Source: Prorocentrum cordatum
Lineage: Eukaryota
Length of the DNA: 64,000 nucleotides
Direction of reading: 5' to 3'
Assembly: GCA_963575745.1 (NCBI GenBank)
Contig: CAUYUJ010000001.1
Coordinates: 2,542,001-2,606,000, forward strand
Positions 7,801-17,149 of the stretch are shown piece after piece. The position numbers were made by a program, and so were the translations under genes. Position 1 is the stretch's first letter; the number at the start of each line of letters is the position of its first letter. The notes under the pieces are model-generated. The model was not told the DNA's origin, made no database searches, and worked only from the letters and a program-made list of their open reading frames with translations.

Positions 7801-10045
7801 TGCCCAGGCCCTCTGGTCGGCGATCATGTTGCGAAGGTTCATGAACGTCAGCTCGTTGTCGCGGCGCTGCGACTCCAACACGGTCGTCATATCGAAGAGC
7901 GCTCTCTGCATCTCCTGCACAGTCATCGGGCGAGTGCTCGACGATCCCGGCGTGGGCCCCGAGGTCTTCGGCGTCGCGCCAAGCTCCCGAGACGCCGGAG
8001 GGGGCTTCACCGGAATGTAGCCCTCGGCGCACTTGACCATCGGGATCGGGTGCTGGTCGAACTGGTCCTTCTCCTTCCGGCCAGGCGCCGGCGGCGGAAC
8101 CGGAAGGGGCAGCGCGGGCGACTCCTGCCAGGGGTCCGTCGCCTCGTCCCAGGCCCGCACCCTGGCCTTGCACTCGTCCTTGTACTTGGCCTTGATCTGC
8201 TTCTTCTTCTCGACCAGGGCCTTCTTCGCGCGGCGCGCCTCCTTTTCTTCGGTCGTGAACTTGGCGAAGTGGAGCTGCACCGAGCACACCGTGCACTTCG
8301 AGTAGGTGCCGTGCTGGTTCTCCCCGTGCCAGTGGGCGTGCGGCGGGTGTGGGCAGTCCTCTGGGTCCTCGCGCTCCTTGATCATGTTCGGCATAAGGGT
8401 CGAGGCCAAGACCGCCTGGGTGCACGCGTGCATGTGCCAGAAGATCCTGATCGTCATCCTGCGCCAGCGCTGCACGTTCGTCTTCAGACTCATGTGGCCC
8501 TCCACGAACCACTCCTGCTCCTGGTCGTCCAGCGCCTCGAGTTCCAGCATCGTTTGCAAGTCCTCGTCGGGCGCCTGCTGCTCCGGCAGCTCCTCCCAAT
8601 CGTCCATCTCGGTGTCCTTCGGGCCGTTCTCCAGGATACTCGAAGCGCGAGTCCTCATCGCGCTCAGGTCGAAGCGAACCCTCCGACTGGCCTGCACCCT
8701 CCTCGAAGGATGCGGGGACTTGCCACGCGACTCCTTCTTGCTGACGCCGGGCCGCCCACTGCCGGATGACATCGTGGGCGCTGCGGCCTCCTCCTGAGCT
8801 ACTCGCGGGGGCTCGCCTCTCCTCAGAAGTTTGAGCTGAGAACTCTGGAGTGGGGGGGTCGGGTCCACAACATCGCAACCCCCTCGGGCCCCCGCTCGAA
8901 GGAGAGGAGAGAAAAGGAGAGGGGCTGACGCTGCTGCTGACCGGCGCGGGCCGACTCTCACCGGCGGCCGATCCCTCCCCGCGGTCCTGGACCACGAACT
9001 GCTGGGCCGACATCCCCAGGGCGTCCTGGATCTCGCGGGCCAGCACGAACTGGGAGGCGGGGCGCTGCACCAGGTCGACCGAGCGGTGGCCGGACGGGTG
9101 CGAGACCAAGTCAAAAGCAATCGATCGGCCTCCCACCTTCACGCTCATCTGGTTCCGGGGGAGATCGATAACCGAGCCGAGGCAAGTGAGAAATTTGGCG
9201 GGCAGCAGTGGCGGACAAGATCCCTCTAGAATCAAAAACTCGACGATGCCGCAGCCCCCCAACGTCACAGGCGCCCAAGCCTTCCCGACCGGAACAGCTC
9301 GACCTCCGATCCCGGAGGCTGCGATGCCGATGACCGGCGTCCAGTCGAGGACGAGCTGGTAGCCCCGGAGCTTCAGAGCACCCTCCAGCTCCAGCACCTC
9401 GGCCCGCCCGATCAGAGCCTGCGCGGCCGCGGTGTCCACCAGCGCGTGCGTGCCGAGGCTCCTGAGGGTCGCGTCGGCGAACGTCGCGCGGACGAGGTCG
9501 ACCATCCCCGAGAAGCCGTCCACGTCCTCGTTCACGAAAAAGTAAGTGAAACCGGTCGGCGCCTTGGCGCCAGCAGCCTTCTCCTTGGCCAACCGATCCG
9601 CCTTGGACTGGAACGGGTTCGTGCAGCTCTCAGCCCAGTGGCCTCGCTGCCCGCAATTCGCGCAGCGCGACTTGCGGCGGAAATCCTTTTCCCCGATCTT
9701 CCGAAACCCTGGACGAGCTGGCCTCGAGGATTTACGGCGGTCGAAGAAGTCACGGTCCGTCTTCTTAGCCAACTTCAGTTTCCGAGATTCGGTCCAAGTT
9801 CGTCGACGCTCCTTACCGTATTTCTCCTCCACCACTTTAGCAAAAACTTCAGCGGCCTCATGTTCGTCCATATCCTGTTCTTCCACAGCCGTCAGGAAAG
9901 CCAAAGCCTCGTCCTCCGGTAGCTCTATCTCGTCGTCGTCGCCCTCATAGTAGGTTTCCGGTGGCGGCGGACACTCCGACGATGAGGATCCTTCGTGCAA
10001 GAAGCTCTTGGGGACGGGTACCGGATTGGCTGGAAGGACCCGCTT
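1886..10045 (-). CDS. pol: Gag-Pol polyprotein body: zinc knuckle, aspartic protease, insert, DNMT-like domain, integrase, RT, RNase H
   Basis: Open for >2700 codons. CANCGQRGHWAESC knuckle (9623-9664); LVDTAA protease (D at 9434-9436); GHP...CDQC and IDLF/DGGGEF/GKCER DDE integrase (~6080-5430); RWCVHGHQDPD, ADAKNAF, PVYGLNDAP, EVDD RT (~3760-3000); SDAS/AAET/VDAKS/ADPLT RNase H (~2900-2350). The stop lies inside the 3' LTR. In frame with the gag ORF across one TAA. Confidence 0.95.
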   Translation of the reverse strand, partial: KRVLPANPVPVPKSFLHEGSSSSECPPPPETYYEGDDDEIELPEDEALAFLTAVEEQDMDEHEAAEVFAKVVEEKYGKERRRTWTESRKLKLAKKTDRDFFDRRKSSRPARPGFRKIGEKDFRRKSRCANCGQRGHWAESCTNPFQSKADRLAKEKAAGAKAPTGFTYFFVNEDVDGFSGMVDLVRATFADATLRSLGTHALVDTAAAQALIGRAEVLELEGALKLRGYQLVLDWTPVIGIAASGIGGRAVPVGKAWAPVTLGGCGIVEFLILEGSCPPLLPAKFLTCLGSVIDLPRNQMSVKVGGRSIAFDLVSHPSGHRSVDLVQRPASQFVLAREIQDALGMSAQQFVVQDRGEGSAAGESRPAPVSSSVSPSPFLSSPSSGGPRGLRCCGPDPPTPEFSAQTSEERRAPASSSGGGRSAHDVIRQWAARRQQEGVAWQVPASFEEGAGQSEGSLRPERDEDSRFEYPGERPEGHRDGRLGGAAGAAGARRGLANDAGTRGAGRPGAGVVRGGPHESEDERAALAQDDDQDLLAHARVHPGGLGLDPYAEHDQGARGPRGLPTPAARPLARGEPARHLLEVHGVLGAAPLRQVHDRRKGGAPREEGPGREEEADQGQVQGRVQGQGAGLGRGDGPLAGVARAAPSGSAAGAWPEGEGPVRPAPDPDGQVRRGLHSGEAPSGVSGAWRDAEDLGAHAGIVEHSPDDCAGDAESALRYDDRVGVAAPRQRADVHEPSQHDRRPEGLGRDDDDRAGDPPCDDPERRPPSHRDDDAGDLLGQVSGRLLARGGRGGERIRRLSDVFPEKQAELAGRTFSCCDPRDVFLKDLGTYLNRFRRGSRHRRSSREVLGFWGESSGTLLSPQRVCESQQWTPVRLSPSERSAFFVGLALAANGEEPPDSSLPSGPRWLEIAGLGDSVLYTGLWATSGASEISRALGSTLKSVLQVTFWCEKAPPGGGEEEARRSREVEEVTMIEEDRFTAAALDGRLAVAPAAPSAPRQVREAAARALGGEGLRSGRRTRRKVVKAREAQRGGALALEMFSSSKVSAELQRRGHSVSAPLDLVLGTDLLSPEGEARLRRQLREDQPLFVLMTPMCKAFSAPRASNWGRMDPIREEEEERLGLAAMQLCMRVAEYQITHGRFFALEHPDTASSWHLECARVLCERPEVQVSKLDQRMHGLWTGELGPAKKPTRAMSNSSPLLAHCQRRCSHKHVRVPLLGGARTHAAENFPRELISSLASGVEDGALAFHRRRSQVRQAGPATLFEQDEASEAESWSFPVEEADPAVSEEDEASRGRSGPAEGLPRPQGPVKAASLDLALQKEVARLRVNLGHPSNEDFLRALRVAGARLEVLTWVKDEFKCDQCASHTKASWRRRAHLPHTYAFNKVIAIDLFYLDIDGKSTPVMNIIDHGTSFQQCALLSDDTAKSVWAAFLRWWVRPFGVPEVLARDGGGEFEGIFARGCEHHGVMQHVIPANSPHQNGKCERHGGLVKEALSKAAQSINPETREETDFLLCEVVASKNRGFHRGGFSPSQLVFGQNLRIPRSLLSDDPVDLIGSDDVSARAVDLDSAAGEFARQHRIREEARKALAGLDARSRLAEASRARPHQEREFRPGDWVYVFRRITASNRSHSLQRDRWTGPGVVIYQSAGAGGSKGGGTVWVAMRAKLLKCTAEQVRLATRSESMGAELLDSAAFDRLREDIRSPGKRSGAVDVTAEGPPPPEANDAPEAAPPEDPSARQQVPVIPDPPISQGPSRQVSQGTRVPSAPADSLVPAVGSVASEPGSDALPETRGEVRLSPGPEPQDKRPRFTPIEEYPDRPSVLQRVAAIQGPPSQSAAAPPGSAPSPSAEGAASSPAPVSVEPLPRPAPEAPALDVPMARERPPSARVLGSGRDISVPRARPSSDARASPEAPAARSSGRSRPPGPRPGAGDFLAELGGKAEEAGESTDAGGEDLEASGSDCDWDAPDEEQDSFLVQELLEWSAARGAPDLARFFLRDLGPFDELSYPTSASDKTPPKINPRGAEVRLKDLSPEDRARFSESDAKEWAAMLGTGAVRVLSPEESVSARRRLPDRILSSRMVRRLKPVEGVGSRPEPKSRWCVHGHQDPDSETLEVYAPTPQSESVLTCLQIAASFGWTLTIADAKNAFCQSQRLERPRGKIFVEPCSGLPIGPDQLIELVAPVYGLNDAPLLWHRTLTDWLAAEGFTKSMLEPCLWLKRDRMGALEGLVLIEVDDLIVTGRQEYVGRFKERATSRFRFGKWRQSDSEFAGRHLRQFRDRITIDQEKYIREQLTVMPLDRSRRCDPDSPLAPTEVKSYRAVVAQVQWVARESRPDVAGSASILAGAMPTPLVSHALTLIKVCKFLKATASQRLTVWGLDPLSLAFVAASDASGPGSASRGGSQGAWLVMAADASIRANRRARASLLSWRSQRLKRVISSTVAAETLALSGAVAEAQYLQVIWRDAVFGDVQKPSWNIGASPFSVVMSSTCELSDRAASLAVVDAKSVFDTLSKNAAGSRSDRRNAIELAVVRDSLSSTGSQIRWLPRGRMPADPLTHADPSKSNLALHDLLCRGSMRLVDEGGHLDERALNMSLKSRSRGASRKALIEEARRRGEVEEDKPRGGEEEYSSRRKEEAEAEEVEDEEEVPQEAERSRRSGGREEPEAGRVARQIPASAGDRRLEARGAGPDAPMYLSCEARVGAAGGFPLQNPPKLGALSS
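6320..6940 (-). other. C5-cytosine DNA methyltransferase-like domain within the polyprotein
   Basis: Ordered DNMT-like motifs: LEMFS (degenerate motif I), PLDLVLGTDLL (II/III), MTPMCKAFS (motif IV, Cys at 6755-6757), FALEHP (motif VI), KKPTRAMSN (VIII-like), AAENFPREL (X-like). Boundaries approximate. Confidence 0.72.
7645..8772 (-). CDS. Overprinted ~375-aa protein (CxH...CxxC zinc finger plus coiled coils) nested in an alternative frame of pol
   Basis: ATG at 8772, TAA at 7645, frame offset from pol. Protein-like composition and GC3-rich codons (CPHPPHAHWHGENQHGTYSKCTVC; KEARRAKKALVEKKKQIKAKYK), while the pol frame here reads as R/G/A/P-rich filler. Confidence 0.75.
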   Translation of the reverse strand: MSSGSGRPGVSKKESRGKSPHPSRRVQASRRVRFDLSAMRTRASSILENGPKDTEMDDWEELPEQQAPDEDLQTMLELEALDDQEQEWFVEGHMSLKTNVQRWRRMTIRIFWHMHACTQAVLASTLMPNMIKEREDPEDCPHPPHAHWHGENQHGTYSKCTVCSVQLHFAKFTTEEKEARRAKKALVEKKKQIKAKYKDECKARVRAWDEATDPWQESPALPLPVPPPAPGRKEKDQFDQHPIPMVKCAEGYIPVKPPPASRELGATPKTSGPTPGSSSTRPMTVQEMQRALFDMTTVLESQRRDNELTFMNLRNMIADQRAWAETTMTELATRPATIQNDDLLRIATMMQAISSGRSPGGFLPAVAEEANASGV

Positions 10046-10807
10046 TTATTGCACGTCAAGAAGTAGAAGGGCGGACCGAATGGATGCTGCATCCTTTTGA
10101 CCACCTGCCAACGTCCGCATGTTGATCTTGTTTTGTGCCGATAGATTCGCTCCTTCTTCCAGGTAACGTGCCAGTACATTGTCTGGGAGCACGAGCCCCC
10201 GAGCAGCCGCATCTGCAAGTTGGGCATTGCGTCGAAGTGCGAAATCGGTGATGCTTTCATTCCGCTGGATCATGTAATCGAACAACGCGTGACTATGACT
10301 GAGACGATCTCTGTCGCCGGGCCGCTCTCCGTTGAGAATGCTCAAGTGGTCCAAGTATGTGTCCACGCCGTTTTCGAGCTCCAACGCCTGTCGCACTGGC
10401 TTGAATTTCAGTTGGAGCTCCACGGGCAAAGACTCCACCAGCCTCGACGCCTGGGTCTCCGGCTGGTGGCCGGTCCTCGTGGACCACGCCCGCACGTTGC
10501 TACTGTACAGCTCTAAGTGTTCTAGTCCGAGCCAATTTGGAGGAGGCCCGAAGTCACGACTACGCTCCGGGCGGCCCCAGGTCGCGCCCTTCCAATCCTG
10601 GGCGTCGTGCTCATCCTGGTCGCCGCCGCCGTCGCTACCTGCAGCTGCCCACGGTGTCCACGAGTACCACCAGCCAGAGCCCCAGCCCCAGCCGTTCCAC
10701 GCACTCTGACCCCAGCCAAGGTCTGACCCCGACGCTTGAATGCCGACGGAGCGCGCGCCATCACTGCCTATCTCGTCGAAGCCGTGGTCGCCACCATCCG
10801 CCGGCAT
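10046..10807 (-). CDS. gag: Gag (capsid) N-terminal region
   Basis: ATG at 10807 just after the PBS; W/G-rich N-terminus followed by PPPNW...YSSNVRAW...RNESITDF capsid-like motifs; ends in TAA in frame with pol. Confidence 0.82.
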   Translation of the reverse strand: MPADGGDHGFDEIGSDGARSVGIQASGSDLGWGQSAWNGWGWGSGWWYSWTPWAAAGSDGGGDQDEHDAQDWKGATWGRPERSRDFGPPPNWLGLEHLELYSSNVRAWSTRTGHQPETQASRLVESLPVELQLKFKPVRQALELENGVDTYLDHLSILNGERPGDRDRLSHSHALFDYMIQRNESITDFALRRNAQLADAAARGLVLPDNVLARYLEEGANLSAQNKINMRTLAGGQKDAASIRSALLLLDVQ

Positions 10808-10906
10808 GCCGGCGGCAAGAGGGCTCGAGCACTCCCTTCTCGCGCCGAGGGTCCAGCACCTGCCACTTCTCGGCACGTCCGCTCCTCCCACGATCTGCCT
10901 CACAAC

Positions 10907-10924
10907 CACGTGCTCCGCTTACCA
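10907..10924 (-). promoter_or_regulatory. Primer-binding site (probably tRNA-iMet)
   Basis: TGGTAAGCGGAGCACGTG begins 1 nt inside the 5' LTR; TGG pairs with tRNA CCA and the rest resembles iMet-type PBSs with a bulge. The tRNA identity is inferred. Confidence 0.75.
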
Positions 10925-10925
10925 C

Positions 10926-11136
10926 TGTCAAGGGGCTCGGGGGGCTCGAAGTGTAAAGGAGTAAGTGGGGAGGGCGAGCGTACATTTTAGTGCTTATGCC
11001 AGAATCCTCAGCGACTCCAGGGCGAGTCGCACCCTAAGCCAAAAAAACTGTGCACTAATTACTGCAGAACACAAAGAGCGGGAAGAGGGAGGGAGACCAG
11101 GAACCCGGGACCAGGGCGAGCCGGGTTACGATGACA
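10926..11136 (-). repeat. 5' LTR (211 bp)
   Basis: Direct repeat of 1690-1896 and adjacent to the PBS. Confidence 0.96.
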
Positions 11137-11699
11137 CTGGCGCGCGAGCAGACTCGCGGATCGGGGAGCGTACCCCCCGAGACATGGTACAGTTGGCGAC
11201 GGAGCTGGTCCGCACGCCTTGATCCAAATCTGCGCGCTTCCTCGACCCCCTCCCGTCGGACTTCCGCTGCGGCTCGCCTTCCCCTGGTCCCCCTCCCCCG
11301 AGGGCTGGGTGAGGGGCCCAGAGGAGGCTGATGCAGGACAGGCCTCCCAGACATGCGACGTCCTGATTTTTTCAGGACGGGGTCCGTGGAAGTAAGTCCC
11401 GACCAGTTCCCCGGGACCGGTTTTTCATCCTGCGTCGTTTTTTGAGGGCCCCGAGGCCCGGCGAGGGCCTCCTGAGGGCGAAATTGGCCAAAAACTTGCC
11501 GTCCTGACTTTTTACGACGCGATCATGTCTGGAATACCATCCCACACTGCTCGACAGTGAGAACATGCGGCAACACGACACATCGCTGTAAGAAATCTGG
11601 GGGCGCATCCTTCGTCGACTGCGAGTTTCGCACGGTGCTGCAGGGCTCTGCGGGCTGATCGGGAGATAAAACATTGAGCCGCCACCAGCTGGCAGGCCA

Positions 11700-13420
11700 A
11701 TCCCACCAGCCCTTCGAACGACAGGTGGTCTAAGGAGGGTCTCTTTCCTCTGCCACAGTTCCACTCCCCTCCCTGAGGTTTTTTTGGGGAGGGATCGCGA
11801 TGTGTCAGAGGCTCCTTTTTCGGCCAAGGGGGGGGCCAGTTTTTGCCACCCCTCACGAGGATCGTGGCCCAAGAGGGGGGGACCTAAATCGAGTACCCCC
11901 CCTCTTTTGACCGACCGCCTCCAAGGTGGCCTCCAGGGCTCCCCAGAGGCCCCCAAGAGGGTTCCACTAGCACCCCAAGAGGCCCCCGAGGGGCCTCCAA
12001 GAGGCCCCCGAATGGCCCCCAAGCGGCCTCAGAGAGCCCAAGATGACCTCCAAGATTGCTCAAGATAGTCCAAACTCAACAAGGCCCCAAAATGCCTGGA
12101 GAGGCCCCAGGACCGCTCCAAGACAGCTCGAAATGGCCACGGACCCCCCGAAGGATGCCGCCGAGATGCCCACATCCTTCACAAACGTACCGAACATTAA
12201 TGAGTTTGGCATTCTCGCCTTTTTGCTTTCGATGACCTTCCGGGGCCTTCATGTGGCTCCAAGATGGCCCAAGAGGGCCCCAAGAGAGGTCCAAGAGAGC
12301 CCCAAAACGGCCCCAAGAGCGCCCAAGAGCGCCCCGAGAACGCTCCAAGATGGGCCCAAGAGGCAATCCCTCCAACCCTTTGGGCGACACGTGGTCTAAG
12401 GAGGGTCTCTTTCCTCTTCCACGACCCCTCTTCCCTTCTGGGAGGGGAGTCCTCCACCTCCCCTCCGTGGGTTTTTTTGAAAGGGGTCGCGAGGTGTGGT
12501 AAGCTTCTTTTTCGGCCATTGGGAGGGCAATTTTTTGCCACCCTCACGAGGATCGTGGCCCCCGAGAGGAAAAACCTAAATCGAGTACCCTCCCCTCTTT
12601 TGACCGACCGCCTCCAAGATGGCCCCAAGAGGCCCCCCAGGGCTCCCCAGGGGCCCCCAAGAGGGTTCCATTAGCTCCCCAAGGATGCCCCAAGAGGGCT
12701 CCAAGAGGCCCCCGAGAGGCCTCCAAGAGGCCCCCGAATGGCCCCCAACCTTCGTCAGAGAGCCCAGCGACGACCTCCAAGATGGCTCAAGATAGCCCAA
12801 GCTGGCTCAATATGGCCCCAAAATGCCCCAAGACCGTTCCAAGACGGGTCGAGATGGCCACGGAGCCCCCCCCAGGATGCCGCCGAAATGCCCAAATCCT
12901 TCACAAACGTACCGACAACGAATGAATTCCACCAGCCTTTGGGCGACCGGTGGTCTAACGAGGGTCTCTTTCCTTTTCCACGACCCCTCTTCCCTTCGAA
13001 GGGGGGACCCTCTCCCTTCCCTCCCTGAATTTTTTTTTGGGGAGGGGGTCGCGATGAGTCGGAATTTTTCGTTCGGCTCCTGGACAAGGGGTCATTTTGC
13101 TACTCCTCACGAGGATCGTGGCCTCCGATGGGGGGGGCGCAAATCTAGTACCCCTCCTCTTTTGACCGACCGCATCCAATATGGCCCCACGAGGCTCTCC
13201 AGGGCTCCCAGGAAGCTCCCAAGAGGTCCCAAGGAACGCCCCAAGAAGCCCCAAGAGGCCTCCAAGGAGGCCTCCAAGGAGGCCCCGAACGGCATCAGAG
13301 ACCCCAGGATGACCTCCAAGATAGCTCAGATAGTCCAAGCTGGCTCAAGATGGCTCCCAATATGCCCCAAGCGGCCCCTGAGACCACTCCACGACGGTTC
13401 GACATGGCCACGAAGCCTCA
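11700..13420. repeat. Three degenerate ~600-bp tandem units containing CCCAAG-type simple repeats
   Basis: Blocks GAGGGTCTCTTTCCT, CTCACGAGGATCGTGGCC and CTTTTGACCGACCGC recur in units starting near 11735, 12400 and 12960. Confidence 0.75.
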
Positions 13421-16400
13421 TCCGCCTCCCTCGCTGTTCGACTATGCGTGTCTCTTCCTCTTCCCCCCCCCGCCAACTCGCATGGGCATCGTTTCTCGAT
13501 GGGCTGGTGGGGATGATTTTTTGTACGCGGGCAGGCGAAGCCAAGTCGAACGCCGAGCACGCTAGGGCGGGCCGCGCCGTAGCGAAGGAAAAAAACGAAG
13601 TGAACAGCGTCCGCCACAGAGCGGAATAGAGCGAGGCGCAGCCAAAATGGCGCGTGATGCATCACGCAAACACCGAAAACACGTCCACGAAGATGCCGAT
13701 GAGGACGCCGGTGGCTGGTGTTTTTTTTTTCGCTCTCGAGCGCGAACGGAAAGGGCCGCGCGCCGTCCAGAGCTACACGGCTGGTGGGGATATTTCTTTC
13801 GTCGCGGCCGCAAGCGGAAGCGTAGGCGGATTCCGAAGCCAACCCAAACTACGAGGCAAACCTACTTACCTAAACGCGCGAACTAACGGCCGCCGAAACT
13901 GCCGCCGAGGGACGCCGAGGAGCAACGCCGGGGACTGAAGGCAGAGCTGCAAGAGGTGCCAGGTGTGCCAGGCGGTTGAAGCGCAACCAGTCCAGGGGCG
14001 AGAACACCAGGAAGGCCTTATCGCGCTAGGCGCCAGAGGTAAAGGAGCCACCCGAGCAAAGCACGGCATATAATGGGGCTGAGCAAGCAGCCCAGCGTGC
14101 CTATGTCGCACGCCAACATTGGCAACGTTGGGTGGTTGAACAAGAAGGCGAAACCACTCATGGGCAATCCACGTGGAGGTGCATCCCACCATTGCAAGGC
14201 GGCAGCTGCAAACACGGCCAGGCTGTGGCAGTGTCTGGGGACCAGGGGCCAGGAACATGCGAGCGTGCTAGCTGGAGCTGGTCGACGTGCAAATCACCGG
14301 GACGCCAGGGTTACCTCATGAGGCTCAAAGGAGCCAGCACGGACACCAACGGGACTGAGGGCGAAAACCCAGGAGCCGCAACCAGGCTGTGGTCGGCGGC
14401 GGGGCGGCGGTGGCCAGGGGGGGGGCTTGACGGCTGGTGGGGATCCCTTTTGCTCGCAACCGCAAGCGGATAGCCGCGCGGCGTCGTGAGGTCGTGCGAA
14501 GAGCGTAAGCCAGTGCAAGAACACAGCGCGGCTGTCGTCGGGCGAACGCGGAAAAAGAACGGGGCCACCAAGCGATAGCGGCGCTCAGCGACGAAAGTGG
14601 CCAGGCGGGCTGGTGAGGGTACTTTTTTGGTCAGCGGGCTCGCGAAGCAGGTCGGATGCCGTCCAAACACTAGCCAGGCCGCGACCAGGCAGCAAGAAAA
14701 GAGGCAAGCAAAGTGAGCGCGCGGGCAGCCACTCAGAGGAAGAAGAGCCTGAAACAACACTCCCAACTCGGTGACGTGGAGACCCCGGTGGCGACCACCG
14801 AATGCGCAGCCAAAATGGCGCAGCGGCGCGACCATGAACACGTAGAAGTCGATCACCCGGTGTGAGTCGGCACAAGGCCCGATGCGAGCAGGACCGACAG
14901 GCACACCCGGACGACGTCCGTGCTGTAGGTGACACAACAGCACCGTGTCAGCGCGAGAGTGAGGAGGGGCTACCTCGTCACAGACAGGACTGCAAAAGGC
15001 AGTACTTCTTGTTTGTACAGGAAGTGGCACATGTCGAAAGCGAAATCCATGTAACTAGGAGAAAGCAGCCGACGGGCGCACGTTGGTGTATGCGAAGCGT
15101 CAAGAATTTCTTATTTGGTGTGCCCAATTGCCTGATGGGCCAATCCTCTCTGCCTCCCAAAGCTTCCGAAATCATGCATCTTGTTCCCGACGTGTGCCTC
15201 GAGAACCCTCGACACCATCCCCAGGACCGGCTTTCCACCGCGGGCTGTTCTCTAATTGCTCCTGGGCCTGAAGAAAAGCTCCTGGGACCGAGGTCGTGAC
15301 GTAACCGCCGTTCTTGCTCGCGATGCTGGGAGGTCTTGGCGGTGGGCACCCGCTTCAGATCGTGGAGCGCGCTCCGACGAGGATCTCGAGGCGGACACGG
15401 CCGCAGCGACGAAGGCACCTCAGGAGGTGCAAGGAACACCAGAATCATCAAACTCCCCTACGATGCTCCCCCTCCTACACCTCCCCCCTCGCCACCTCTC
15501 CCCCTGCATCTTCCCCCGCAAGTGTGGGAGAGCGCGCGCGAATGAACGGGGAGGAGGAGGAGGAGGAGGAGGAGGAGGAGGAGGAGGAGGAGGAGGAGGA
15601 GGAGGAGGAGGAGGAGGAGGAGGAGGAGGAGGAGGGGGAGGAGGGAGGAGGACGAGGAGGAAGAGAGTCGTCGCCGCCGCCATCGTCGTCGTCGTCGTCG
15701 TCATCGTCGTTGTCGGCGTCGTTGTCGTCGTCGTTGCCGCCGCCGTCGTCGTCGTCGTGATCGTCGTCGTCGGCGTCGTCGTCGTCGTCGTTGCTACCGC
15801 CGCCGTCACCGTCGTCGTCGTCGTCCTCCTCCTCCTCCTCCTCCTCATCCACATCCAAGAGGCCGACATATAACAGCTCTAGGTACACTGACGTTGGCCT
15901 CTCCCGAGGGGGGACATCTTCGACTAAGGAGGACAGGCAGGAAAGAAGCAGGAGGAGGGAGGGTGACAAATGTAAACCGAACATCCATCAACAAATTTGC
16001 AATAGACACTGACTCCAAATTCTTGTTCATAGGCTCCTGCCAAAATCCGCCGACCCTGTCGGCGTGTGGAATGGATTGTTCTTCTCGTCCGTGCCTCCTT
16101 CCTTTTCCCACCTTCTCCGTCTCCTTCTCGTTCGTCTCCCCCTCCTCCTCCTCCTCCTCCTCCTCCTCCTTCCTCCTCCGTCTCTTCCTCCTTCATCGCT
16201 TCCTCCTGCGTACAGTCAACTGACTCGAAACGTTTCCCCTTCCCTTTCTTCCCTTCCCCGGCCGGGGGGTGTGGGGGGGTCCCGGGAGACACCCGTGGGG
16301 GTCCCAGGGGGGTCCTGGGGGGGGTCCCGGGTCAGAATACCACCTCCCTCCTCCTCCTCCTGGGTGTCTTTTGCCACCTTGGGGGGGTCCCGGGGTCCTG

Positions 16401-17149
16401 GCGAGGTCCCGGGGGGGGTCCCTGGACGGGTCCAGGGGGGCAGCCCAGGGGGGGTCCCAGGTCAGACTACCACCTCCCTCCTCCTCCTGGGTGTCTTTTG
16501 CCACCTTGGGGGGGTCTCGGGGGACATCGGGGAGGGGTCCTGGGGAGGTCCCTGGGGTCCTGCAGGGGGGTCCCGGGTCAGAATATCACCTCCTCCTCCT
16601 CCTGGGCGTCTTTTGCCACCTTCTCCATCTCCTTTTCGTTTGTCTCCCCCTCCTCCTCCTCCTCCTCCTCCTCCTCCTCCTCCTCCTCCTCCTCCTCCGT
16701 CCCTCCTCCTCCTCCGTCCCTCCTCCGTCCCTCCTCCGTCCCTCCTCCTCCTCCTCCTCCTCCTCCTCCTCCTCCTCCTCCTCCTCCTCCTCCTCACACA
16801 CTTCCTCCGCCTACCCTGTCACGTTGTCCTTTAGCTCCTTCCTGTGATCAGACATCCCGTCGCCATCGACGGCCAAAACCTTCAGGGTCGGCGGAACCGG
16901 CCGTAAGGCCTTCACAATCCACCTTCACTGCGGGAAGGACCCACTTGGAAGACACCCGTCTGAAAATCTTCAACCGTGCCAAAGCACCGTTCCTGAAACA
17001 TCAACGCCGCGAATCAACGTGACTGTTGTGACCTGACGATCCTAACTCGTACCAGAACACCATTTCTAGGACGCCAACGCCGCGAAACAATGTGACCGTC
17101 GCGCCCTGACAAGCCTAAACCGTGCCCAAACAGATCTTCCTGGACGGCA

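Larger units (their letters stand above)
1690..11136 (-). mobile_element. Full-length Ty1/copia-order LTR retrotransposon carrying a DNMT-like domain
   Basis: Two ~210-bp direct repeats with TGTCA...TGACA ends; CTGG duplicated at 1686-1689 and 11137-11140; PBS next to the right LTR; domain order gag-ZnK-PR-(insert)-IN-RT-RNaseH, with IN before RT as in copia. Confidence 0.96.

Noticed and set aside
13636..14821. GCCATTTTGGCT (minus strand) at ~13640 and ~14810 as SL relics
   Set aside because: Only the 12-nt core matches, both continue GCGC instead of CAAG, and no convincing ORF follows.
13866..15451. Unique sequence with short ORFs
   Set aside because: No recognisable motifs or consistent frame; exons cannot be excluded but cannot be supported.
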